A stretch of 64,000 nt of DNA from Antedon mediterranea. Taxonomy: Eukaryota; Animalia; Echinodermata. Below are positions 39,611-52,125 of this stretch, one piece after another. Numbering within the stretch: the stretch's first letter is position 1; every line of letters begins with the position of its first letter. Below the pieces are notes generated by a model. That model was not told where the DNA came from and made no database searches. It worked only from the letters and a program-made list of their open reading frames with translations. A program made the translations under genes and the position numbers. The stretch lies in contig NC_092673.1 in NCBI RefSeq assembly GCF_964355755.1, forward strand, positions 18,039,648-18,103,647, written 5' to 3'.

Positions 39611-40349
39611 GTGTTTTCCCGAATAATCATACGATCAAAACAGTACTGGGTGAGATCAACTAGCGTTGTAAGGTGTTTTCCCGAATGATCGTACGTACGA
39701 TCAAAATGATACTTTCACCTATAATTTAATTGTACAATAATTTAATTAATTGTTTTTATGTAATTCATTTTGGTGCCACAAATGTAAAACTTTGCTTAGT
39801 GGTTGCTTTCTTTTAAAATATAAATTGAATCTACAGTATATACTTGTGTATTTAATAGCTCTGTTAAAAATTGAATTTTGAATAAATTAGACTGTATTAT
39901 TACAGAACCTTCGGGACCCAAAAAATTGTTGCGGGAAAAAACAAATACTGTATACAAAATGAACAATTACAATACTGGAATATTTACAAACAAAATTAAC
40001 AGTACAAGCCATCAAAAAAATGTTAATAATTTTGACCTGAAAATACATACATGTGGGTATAACATTGCTAATGTTCCTGTTGCAGGCATTACCTATTGCT
40101 ATATTTAGAGATAAGACCATTTTAACTGTTTTTATATTTTGTTGTGCATTTATATTAGAGTCTCTAGGTTGAGATTACAGGCAAAAATCAAATGACAAAT
40201 ATACATTTTTATTTTATGTTATTTTATTTTATTCTCATCCAACAGCGAGTAACCCGCCAATTACAGGATGGATAAACTATTTAATAATTTCACAAGACAA
40301 ATATAAACACAAGATGCTCTACATAAACAAAGACTTATTATTAAGTCTT

Positions 40350-40475
40350 TGGGAGTGGAGTTGTAAATTGTCATGAGAAAAAAACCCTGACATATGACAG
40401 GACTTGAACCCAGGACCCTTAGATTGGTAGCCAAGCATCATAACCACCAAGCCACAGCTCCACTCCACTCCACTC
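40350..40475 (-). mobile_element. tRNA-derived SINE
   Basis: Minus strand A box TGGCTTGGTGG and B box GGTTCAAGTCC; no complete cloverleaf. Confidence 0.65.
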
Positions 40476-41125
40476 CATTTTTTGAATAACAATTGATTTA
40501 AGCAAGAAGAATATGTGCTACTCCAGACCTCAATGCCATAAAACGAATAATGGATTAATAAATGAATTGTAGATTATAATATGATGTCTTGAGGAACAAA
40601 ATATCTCAACTTAAATAATATGCCTATTTCTTACACTTACATTTTGGGCATAAACTATCACAATTATTTTTCCATGGAAGAAATTTATCAAATTTGACTC
40701 CCAACAACAACAAACAAGACTTCATCTACCTCATTGATTACATTCTCTCCAATATACAGACATCCAATTTTTTGTTAAATGTTTCTTCTGTTTTGAAAAA
40801 TAATCCAAAGGTCAAAGTCACAATCCACTCTTGATTCCCTCTTTTATAAAAAAACATTTGTAAAAAAAAAATAGTTCAAGGAATCCAGCCTTGCTTGTCA
40901 AATGAAACGACAACATTGATTTCAAGATTTTTGTAAAATACAGCTTTCTTAAAACAAAACTTTACAAATTTCAATTTTGTTTACCGTTTCAAATTCTATT
41001 ATTGATTTTATAAAAAGATTAAAAAGAAAATTAGACTTTTAGTTTCCTCAAGGAAATTGAGTAATTGTGTATTAAAAAGACCACAGACCAAAGAAATCAT
41101 GAAATGAAATAAAGTAGGTAATGCC

Positions 41126-41493
41126 GTAGTAGACAGTTGTCAACATATTGAAGCAGTAACTCGGTTGTCAATTCTCTACTCAATACTGTAGTAGACAGTT
41201 GTCAACATATTGAAGCTGTAACTCAGTTGTCAATTGTGTACTCAATGCTGTAGTAGACAGTTGTCAACATATTGAAGCTGTAACTCAGTTGTCAATTGTG
41301 TACTCAATGCTGTAGTAGACAGTTGTCAACATATTGAAGCTGTAACTCAGTTGTCAATTGTGTACTCAATGCTGTAGTAGACAGTTGTAAAAATATTGAA
41401 GCTGTAACTCAGTTGTCAATTGTGTACTCAATGCTGTAGTAGACAGTTGTCAACATATTGAAGCTGTAACTCAGTTGTCAAATTGTCTACTCA
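41126..41493. repeat. 62-bp minisatellite, ~6 copies
   Basis: gtagtagacagttgtcaacatattgaagctgtaactcagttgtcaattgtgtactcaatgct. Confidence 0.95.
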
Positions 41494-41658
41494 TTTATTT
41501 GTCATTTCATATTGAAAACCAATTACTCTTACTATTTGAAAATGGACAGACAGACATGCTTACTGTTTTTATATGATTACAGCTTAGATATCTAAAGTTA
41601 CATAATTAGCATACACATTTTGCTTGGTAGGATATGGGAACAAAAAGTGTTTTTTTTT

Positions 41659-42964
41659 TCAAATATTGATACAGTATTTTATAGTTAGATGGACAATTAG
41701 AGATGCCGCTACAATCTTATTGTTTAAAGTGTATTTTGCAGCTATTATTGATTGGTAGCACATCAAATATTGATACAGTATTTAGTTAGATGGACAATTA
41801 GAGATGCCGCTACAATCTTATTGTTCAAAGTGTATTTTGCAGCTATTATTGATTGGTAGCACATCAAATATTGATACAGTATTTAGTTAGATGGACAATT
41901 AGAGATGCCCCTACAATCTTATTGTTCAAAGTGTATAATTACAGCTATTATTGATTGGTAGCACATCAAATATTGATACAGTATTTAGTTAGATGGACAA
42001 TTAGAGATGCCCCTACAATCTTATTGTTCAAAGTGTATAATTACAGCTATTATTGATTGGTAGCACATCAAATATTGATACAGTATTTAGTTAGATGGAC
42101 AATTAGAGATGCCCCTACAATCTTATTGTTCAAAGTGTATATTGCAGCTATTATTGATTGGTAGCACATCAAATATTGATACAGTATTTAGTTAGATGGA
42201 CAATTAGAGATGCCCCTACAATCTTATTGTTCAAAGTGTATTTTGCAGCTATTATTGATTGGTAGCACATCAAATATTGATACAGTATTTAGTTAGATGG
42301 ACAATTAGAGATGCCCCTACAATCTTATTGTTCAAAGTGTACATTGCAGCTATTATTGATTGGTAGCACATCAAATATTGATACAGTATTTAGTTAGATG
42401 GACAATTAGAGATGCCGCTACAATCTTATTGTTTAAAGTGTATAATTACAGCTATTATTGATTGGTAGCACATCAAATATTGATACAGTATTTAGTTAGA
42501 TGGACAATTAGAGATGCCGCTACAATCTTATTGTTCAAAGTGTATAATTGCAGCTATTATTGATTGGTAGCACATCAAATATTGATACAGTATTTAGTTA
42601 GATGGACAATTAGAGATGCCGCTACAATCTTATTGTTTAAAGTGTATAATTGCAGCTATTATTGATTGGTAGCACATCAAATATTGATACAGTATTTAGT
42701 TAGATGGACAATTAGAGATGCCGCTACAATCTTATTGTTCAAAGTGTATAATTGCAGCTATTATTGATTGGTAGCACATCAAATATTGATACAGTATTTA
42801 GTTAGATGGACAATTAGAGATGCCGCTACAATCTTATTGTTTAAAGTGTATAATTGCAGCTATTATTGATTGGTAGCACATCAAATATTGATACAGTATT
42901 TAGTTAGATGGACAATTAGAGATGCCGCTACAATCTTATTGTTTAAAGTGTACATTGCAGCTAT
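41659..42964. repeat. ~100-bp minisatellite, ~13 copies
   Basis: tcaaatattgatacagtatttagttagatggacaattagagatgcc...ggtagcaca. Confidence 0.95.
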
Positions 42965-44040
42965 AAACATGTTAAAGTAAAATAATAATTTGATAAATGA
43001 AAACAATTCAAATTAATAAGAGGACGCAATAGGATATGATGGCAGCAAATATGTGTTTGATGGTGATAAAATGATTACTGATAATAATGTTGCTATTTTT
43101 TTGTATTAATAACTATGGTAGTTATGATTAATGATGCTAAGTTGTATTTTAAATCAAGAAATCATGTAATAATTAGACCATGACAATCTAAATGTATTGT
43201 AACCAAGACAATAATATTTTCCACTCAACAATATAATTTTTTTGTGGATAAATTCAAAAGCTGTAGGAATCCTTGTATTTATAGTACAGAGATTTTTACA
43301 AAAAATGACCAAATTGATAATTATAACTATTAATGATGTGCAATTGTCAGTCTGTGTTAACTGTCACCATTTTTAATTCATATTTTGCGATATCAATGTT
43401 GTCATTCTTCATGCTGCATTTTGGTTAATAGGCCTAACAATAAATATAATAAGTCAATTTACATTAATATTTTGTTCTTTCTTTTCTAAGTTTGCAAAAT
43501 TACAAAAACAAAACATGACAAACACATATCTGTGTTTGTTCTGTTTTGTTTTTGTAATTTTGAACATATTTACATTAATTATAAATAACTAACATGTGCA
43601 TATTATGCAAATTAGACCTGAGGTAAAACGGAAGTACAGAACGATGTTTAAACATAATGATTTGAATAAATAAATGTTTTTGTACAGAACTGAATTATAT
43701 TTTTTATATGAATGAATTTTCTAATACCTATTTGTTAAAAATGAAATGTTTTATATTTTGATATTTTTCACTTTTAATTCAATTTTGTAAATTAAAACTC
43801 AATTAAGTATTTATGCTGCTGTGTTTTAATGTTTATATTCATATATTCTTAAATAAATACTAATGAATGAAAAGCTTTTTGTTTGTTTGTAAGGATTGTG
43901 TGTTTGTTTGGAAGGGGGAGATTTTAACATCGGAGAGATCATTATACTGTATTAAAATGTACGTGGTTTGCTATTCATCGTATATTATACAAAATATCCA
44001 TTCCACCAATCCAGAGAGTAATAAAGTTCTTCGATATTAC

Positions 44041-47000
44041 CATGGATTAAAGAATAGAAGGATATGCATCGACGGTGACATCAAACGATTTTACAACGCG
44101 CTTGCCTATACTAAAGCACTGCTGCCAATCAAACAAACACGTTCATTGAACTCCGTGTCTCTAACCGCGGCCCTCTGTAAAACGCTGCGAATCAACTGTT
44201 ACATTTTTTGAGACCAAAACGTAACCATGTAGAAATCGTATGCGCAGTCTGAATGTTCTATTGACATGTCTGCGTCGATGATTAATTGATAACAAACATA
44301 TATTGCTGAATAATTCTGTTTTAGTTTCATCACAATCGGACTACGAAAAGTTCACTTTCTTACGACTGGTAATTTTAAGTAGTTGGTAATATTAATAAAA
44401 TATGCAATTTTTATATTTGAATTATCATTATTTGCCTGCCATCTTCTGTCATTAAAAATTGCGTTAATCTATAGAATATTAAATTATGCATTTGACCATG
44501 TATGTTGTTAGCGTGGCCGGTGTTCAGACATACACCAATCGTGTTTTTTAATATATGGCTAAGCAGTGGTTTCTTCATAAATCTCCTTAATTATCGATGT
44601 GATTATATTTAAACTGTAGTGCCTGGTGATTGGCTAGTGGTTATGTCATCCACATCACCGGGCCTAATTGAATGAAAACAGCGATCCCTGATCCGGGATT
44701 GGCTGGCTATGTATAGTTGCGATTCGTTACCTAGCGGTCGTTTTGAAAAGTACACGCAGGGCAAACTTGATCACGAACAAACGAAGTAGGCCTACCTATT
44801 ATTATTCACACAAGAAGTAAGACAACGGTGAGTATTTAAGATTAGCCTAGGCCTACTGTGATATAAAGATATACTGTTATATTTAAGAAATTGACCTTTG
44901 TATCGGAATTCAGATAGGTTCACAAACTTGACCCAGAAAGTCCGAAGGAGAGTTTGTCCAGATGTTTTAATGACCATTTAGTTTATAATAGAATCCCTAA
45001 AGAAAACACTTAGCTTAATTTTGTGACTTTCCCATCGTTAAACCAGGAGTATTCGACACTATTTAAGTACAGATTTGACAGTGTCATCCATCACAGAAAT
45101 ACCTTATGACACCGTTAATCACTCCCACTTAAACACCCCTGGATCAACTTAGGACCAATCGTTACCCTCACAGATGATGTAATGACATTATGCAAATGAA
45201 CTGAGCCAATATACTCCCAAGTTTCAGAAGGGCCCAGACACACCTTACAACCACTTCTCCAGAAGCAGACCTACACACTTCACACCTCACCGACAGCATC
45301 ATTGATCCTCCGCGTTCCTTATCTATACTTATAGTTGTATATTGTACTGAAGTATTATACTGAATAAATAATATATGTGTTACGACAGTCAAGCGAGTCA
45401 GAGTCCTTCATTAGTACCTCAACAACCCGAAACATTATATTACATGGTGGAAGACCCAAATTTCATAAGGAACGGAGTGAGAAAACAAGAAATAAACACT
45501 TAACAAGACACGAAGACGAAGACGAAGACAAAAATAACCATATTTGTTTGAAAGGAGAGAAATTTACTTTGACTCAAAAGACAAGCTGAAATTATATTTG
45601 AATGAGATCGAGACAAGCAGAAATTTGATCAAATTATTACCATTGGATGAAGACAAAAAAGATAATCGAGGAAGACACAAAAGACAAGCTGAAATTATAT
45701 TTGAATGAAATCGAGACAAGCAGAAATTTTATGAAATTATAACCATTGGATAAAGACAAAGAAGATAATCGAGGAAGACCCAAGAAGAATCAAAACAGAA
45801 GCAAGCGGACAAGAACTGTTTCGTTTAGAGACTTTCAACTTCACGCCGTTTTTTTCGATCGTTTTTTTAACATTTACCTTTTTTTGAACATTGATGAACA
45901 CCTTTCGCATTTTTTTTAATTCGTTGTTTGAAAATTTGAACATTGATGAGCACCTTTAACATTTCTTTAATTCGTTGTTTGAACATTTAGACATTTTTGA
46001 ACACTTTTTGCATTCCTTTAATTCATTTTTAATTGGATCCGAAGCATTTGGGGTAAGTCAAAACCATTTTGATTTTTGATTTGTAACCTTGATTGAAATA
46101 GTGAGAGTTTACATATATACACACTAAAATTGTTTTTTAAATTGTTAAATAATTGTTGAATAAACCCACCGATAATAATGAGAAAATTCAGAACACCGTT
46201 AACGTAGTAAATGACGAAAACAATGTTTAATTTATCGACGAACATGATAGGACACCAACCCAATTGCAATCAGATACCCTTACACATCCAACTAAGATAG
46301 AACCCCTTAACTTGCAACCTTACATTGACTGTGTAGAGAATAACATGGGATTAGCAGCCCCATTCCAAATGAAAGAAGAACAAATCAAGGAACAAACTAA
46401 TTTAATTATGACAGCACCTAATGATTCAAGTATGACATTAAACCGAGGTAGATTTAAAGCAGGACATTTCCAAGTTTTAGTTTCGTATTCTAAACCGACT
46501 TCAGTCAAACGCAACACTGATAAAACAAAACACGAATCTAATGATCGCAAATTTTGGTGGAATATTGACAGATATAACGATACAGATAAATTAATTAAAG
46601 AGATCATTAATGATAAACAGATACCGATAAGTGGATCGCCAAAACGATTCATAAAACGTTTGTATAATGCAACGAATTACTGATTTAATTTTTTTGCAAG
46701 ATTATTTTTAAATTACGACATTTGCTAAATTAATGATAGCATAGTCTACGTATTTGATGAGATTTGTTTAGTAATGATGTGATTTCAGTTAAAAAAAGAA
46801 TTGAATTTATGTTTAAGTATTGATTTTGTAACGAGTTTGATAATGATTAATTTTGAATTTTGATGATCGATATATTGAGATATTGAAAAGAACGACAATC
46901 ATTTTGTAACAAATATTTTGTTTAACCTTGAGTCGTTAATCTCAAGCATTAATTAATTGATATACAAGAACAGGAGATTTTCTTAGTACTTTTAATTGTA

Positions 47001-48633
47001 ATTTTTTTAACATTGAGTACAAAAGTCGAATTTGTCGACCGATTGAAATCGTAATTACCTGTGAATATAAATGCTTAAATCGATAAAGTTGTGACGATAA
47101 TGATATATTGTGGATAAGTTTGTGTCAACGGGACACACACATTTGTTTCTTTAAAGTTTTAAGTGATTAAGTTTGATATTTTGATTTTAGGCTAATCAGC
47201 CACAGTTTCTTGAGTTTTATATTTTAATTTGATGATTTATGTTTGAAGACCATTAGAACGCGATGAGTTGTCGCACGATTTGATGTATGTTCAATGTAAC
47301 ATACTATTTTTAAGTTTTGTAATTTTATTTTTAACTGATTTATGTTTGATTTACGCGAATTTTATACCAAATTCATTTTAACTTCAATTTTTTAAAGAGA
47401 GAGAAGAGAGAGAGTGAAAGTGATAAGGTTACACTTCAGAGTCAATGGTTTTGGCTAACTCAATTTTTGCATATATGTATAATAATGTTTTTTTCTTTTA
47501 TATAACTTTAATTTTGCATGCCACTATTATAACCATTTTTATATGTTAAATAGATTAGAAAAAAAAAAAAGGGAAACAGAGGGATGTGATATAAAGATAT
47601 ACTTTTATATTTAAGAAATTGACCTTTGTATCGGAATTCAGATAGGTTCACAAACTTGACCCAGAAAGTCCGAAGGAGAGTTTGTCCAGATGTTTTAATG
47701 ACCATTTAGTTTATAATAGAATCCCTAAAGAAAACACTTAGCTTAATTTTGTGACTTTCCCATCGTTAAACCAGGAGTATTCGACACTATTTAAGTACAG
47801 ATTTGACAGTGTCATCCATCACAGAAATACCTTATGACACCGTTAATCACTCCCACTTAAACACCCCTGGATCAACTTAGGACCAATCGTTACCCTCACA
47901 GATGATGTAATGACATTATGCAAATGAACTGAGCCAATATACTCCCAAGTTTCAGAAGGGCCCAGACACACCTTACAACCACTTCTCCAGAAGCAGACCT
48001 ACACACTTCACACCTCACCGACAGCATCATTGATCCTCCGCGTTCCTTATCTATACTTATAGTTGTATATTGTACTGAAGTATTATACTGAATAAATAAT
48101 ATATGTGTTACGACAGTCAAGCGAGTCAGAGTCCTTCATTAGTACCTCAACAACCCGAAACATTATATTACACTACCTAGGCAGTATCAATGTCGGCAAA
48201 TCATAGGGTTTACTAGCCCAGTTTAGCCTAGTTAGTACAAGGCCTAGCTAGGCTAGCATTCTTGTAATTTTACAACAAATGAGACAACTAATAGTTATTG
48301 TCTCAGATGTAGGGCTACTACAGGTCATAAAATGCTACTTTAATCATCATAAAAAAATCATTAGCGTAGATCAATCACGGCAGAAACCAACATAGTCAAT
48401 AGTTGACCATCTACAAACATCATGCAACCAAAGAACGCGCGAAAGAAGCGTAGCCAACAAGGTTAAATGTCGTTGCACATGTGCAGTAAACAATATATTA
48501 GGCACGCGACCGTTTCGTTGTTACCATGCGGTTAATTAAACTGTAACATTGTGGGCGGTCCGCAGTCTGTCGGCGAGAGTCAAGGAACCCTTGATCTCAC
48601 GTCGATGCATATCCTTCTATTCTTTAATCCATG
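44041..48633. mobile_element. Non-autonomous P-element-like DNA transposon (contains a nested LTR element)
   Basis: Perfect ~33-bp TIR CATGGATTAAAGAATAGAAGGATATGCATCGAC; 7-bp TSD ATATTAC; CATG termini. Confidence 0.85.
44857..48172 (+). mobile_element. Non-autonomous LTR retrotransposon (Gypsy-like structure, no gag-pol)
   Basis: 588-bp LTRs 44857-45444 and 47585-48172, TG..CA termini, about one mismatch; 4-bp TSD CTAC; PBS-like TGGTGGAAGACCC at 45445; PPT before 47585. Confidence 0.92.
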
Positions 48634-49125
48634 ATATTACACATTACACAGCGATGTTAAGTCGTAGGCAAAAATGGTGATTGCGCCCTCTATAAAAAAT
48701 AAAAGTTTATTCACCCAACAAACCACTCAACAACATGCATGGGATGCCGAAGAATGTCAAACACAAGAAGTAAGTTTTTGTTTCATTATTATCATTACTG
48801 TATCCTAGGCCTACAAACTTAGTACTATATTATATCGGCCTATATAGGCCTAGCTAGGCTAGTTCTAACTAGCTAGGGCAGGCCCTACCTCTAGTAGGGC
48901 TTTTAGCCCTTATAGCTAGGCCTATTCTATATACTATAGTGGGCCTAGGCTAGGCCCCTAGCTAGTAGAATAAAGACAGGCCTGCTGAGGGAGTCTCCAC
49001 AACTTGTCGTTAGAGAACAGACATCAACTGCATTGTGATTGGTCCTAAGACGAACATAAACACATGGATGGATGAGGATGTAGGGGGATTCTGGGTTTAT
49101 AATTGCTTTTAAATATCGTTTTTTA

Positions 49126-50028
49126 GGCGCTAGTTCCGTTTCGCACCTGTCGTTTATTTCGACTCAAAATTGGTTAAGTAACTTTATCGTGAGTACCACA
49201 CCTTAGAATTAGGCCTCAAAAATACTTTTACGAAGGAGATCACACAAAAAGTAAAAAATAAATCCTTTAATGAATGAATTTACAGACGTGTTTCTCGCAC
49301 ATCGGTTTGTGAATTTCGCATACTCCATGTTCAATGTTGTTGTTTCTATGGAGCGCCAAAAGAGCAATCATAATAGAGGGCTAAAAACTCAGTAAATTTA
49401 ATGCATTTATTGGTGAAAATTACGTTAAATTTTATCATATTTTGTCAATGTCAACGCAACAAAAATATTACTGTTGATACTGTACATGGTTTTTGCAGGA
49501 ACTTTTATTTTAGGAATGAAAATCGACAAATTCATTATCATATTACATGTACTGCTGTAAGGGTATACCTGATCTAAATAATATTCCTCTTACTCTTAGT
49601 CTATATTCTTACTCTTAGTTAGGCCTAGGGTTGGTTGCTATTTGAAAACAGCAAATTATTAGCAGTAAAATGTTACAGCATTTTTATTGACAAAATATAT
49701 TAAAATTATACGTGTATTTCAATAATAAATGCATTAAAAGAAGACGCATTCCACTGAGTTTTTAACCATCTATTGTTTTTGCTCTTTTGGCGCTCCACAG
49801 AAACGAAAATATTGAACTTCGAGTATGCTAAATTCGCGAACGGTATGCGAGAATCATGTCTGTAAAATCATCAATTTAAGGATTTATTTGTTACTTTTTA
49901 TGTGATTCTTCTTCATAAAAGTACTTATGAGGCCCAATTTTAAGGTGTAGTATTCACAATAAGTTGCTTAACAATTTCGAGTCAAAAGGAAGTCGAAATA
50001 AAAACAGGTGCGAAACGGAACTAGCGCC
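49126..50028. mobile_element. Foldback MITE with 8-bp TSD (Merlin- or MULE-like)
   Basis: TIR GGCGCTAGTTCCGTTTCGCACCTG; inverted similarity over most of its length; TSD GTTTTTTA. Confidence 0.85.
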
Positions 50029-50180
50029 GTTTTTTATTAAATAAAAAATATTATAACTAGGCTAAGCCTATATAGACATGTCAGAATGAAGAAGTAATAT
50101 TAATAACGAGAAATTTAAACAATTAAATTTCATATACATTTTAGGGTAAATTCATGGAGAGTCTGTTTTTCAGCAGCTTA

Positions 50181-51746
50181 AGCCTGGTTTCCAGTCGACG
50201 TAAGATTTGTTTCCGCTTACGATTGCGTCGTTTTCTTACGATTACGCTTGCGTTCCGATCAGTTGACCAAAAACTAACGTCGACACAAAATTGTCATAAT
50301 CACGTTGGACCGCAAAAATTTAGATCATTACATGTGCTGATTCCGTCGTTACGAAAGTTGAATTAATCGCAAAGTCTGTCCTTCTTGCCCTTACGTTGAG
50401 TTGAAATTTTTCCTTGCGATTACAACACATATGACGTGATAACAAGAAATGATTTCTGATTGGCTCATAAATTCCGCGCGAAAAGAGGAGGCCATTTTCC
50501 AAAACATAAACAGTGCAGTTAAGCTATGACATATTTTTTACATAATCTTAATTAGTTATTAATTAAAATGTTTTATCAGTTCTTCTTTTGATAGTCGCCG
50601 ACAAATTTAGTCTTTTTATTTTGAGAATTATTTTATGAGCGGCTTACAATCCCATGATTTTACCCACCCGAGAGAGCTTGTTTATCGGAGTTTTAATTTT
50701 GTGTCTGCCGCCTTTTGTTTTGATTTTCTTTGTACCACCCTGCATGGCTTAATTATTGTTTATGATTAGACTGTTGTTATAACGTTGAATATCATGACTT
50801 GCCTACGATGTTATTTACATATACATTTTATCTATTGGTTTTTTTTACCCGGTTTTCATTTTTTTATAAATAGATAATTCAAATGATGTAGGCTAATCAT
50901 TATTTATTTTCATCATCAAATTATCATAGGCCTATAAATTGCAAACACTACGGTGAATTTAATAAATATGTATTATTAATTTATTACCTAACCTACCTTC
51001 ATCCTACAATTAAAACAAAATCATTACGTAATTTTTCCCCACCTGCTTTTGAATGCAAACTATATGCCAGGTGAACATATTTTTATCCTGATGATCCTGA
51101 TGATGACACTGTTCTCTAACATTTTATGACATTTTATTGCCATATAGTTTTTAATTTAGTCTGCCTATGTGTATTATTATTATTATGTTTATATAATTAT
51201 ATTTAAGTAACAAGCAAGACAATTTTGTATAGTTCTCACATCTATTTTGTATTTCATCCACCTAAATTATTACATTCTATCACGAATTGAACATCATTGT
51301 GGTTCAGGTTTATTTACGTATCATTTATTGTCAACAATATTCTTATAGTTATATACGGTACTTTCTACTTTATTTCACCTTTCCAAGCTTTAACCTTCTT
51401 GTCAACGTCACATAATCCTCGTCACTGATTGGCTGGTTCTCAAGTCAACTTTCGTAAGCGTAAGCGGAAGGGTATAAAATCGCATCGTAAGGCATGTTCA
51501 TCCAGAAATTCACCGGTTTCCTGTCGAACCGTCGAATATCGACGTACTGTAACAGATGGAAGCTTCAGTCACCGGTTTCCTGTCAAACACTTGTACTACG
51601 GCGATTTCTACTTGTGTTACGTCGTTTTGACATTTAGCTTTTTTCAACCGGTTTCCTGTCGATTTTCAATTTCCAATGTAAAAATGACGCAATCGTAAGA
51701 AAATCGTAAGAAATTCTAATTTCTTACGTCGACTGGAAACCAGGCT
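50181..51746. mobile_element. PIF/Harbinger-like non-autonomous element
   Basis: TIR AGCCTGGTTTCCAGTCGACGTAAGA; TTA TSD. Confidence 0.85.
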
Positions 51747-52125
51747 TTAGGGAAGCTCATTAATATTCATGAGATATTACAAAATCACGTCATCAGTGGA
51801 TTCCAAACTCGCGACGTCATGTACGTTGTGTTTGTCGACTAATTTACATCTCTCTCCCCTGTCAAACGACGACCACCCGATCATTGTGAAATACATTTTT
51901 TGTAGATTTTGTAAGCTAGTAGAAGGCCTAAAGTGTAATAATAACAGTAGTACAGTAGCATATATTTATTTGACATTTAATGAAATACAAAATTTAGTAC
52001 AGATCATAGAGTCATAAATTATACTATTTTTACCTCTATAGTACAGATCGTATTATCGGCTTCACGTACTAGGCCTAGCCTAAATCATTTTTTTTTATGG
52101 GTGAGAGCCATTCTGACTAGGGATT

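Noticed and set aside
40390-40465. tRNA gene
   Set aside because: A and B boxes are present but there is no convincing acceptor stem or cloverleaf; better explained as a SINE head
43491-43563. Imperfect AT-rich palindrome
   Set aside because: Low complexity; no TSD or family evidence
48673-48775. Possible first exon (ATG..GTAAGT) of a downstream gene
   Set aside because: No recognisable protein motif and no identifiable downstream exon
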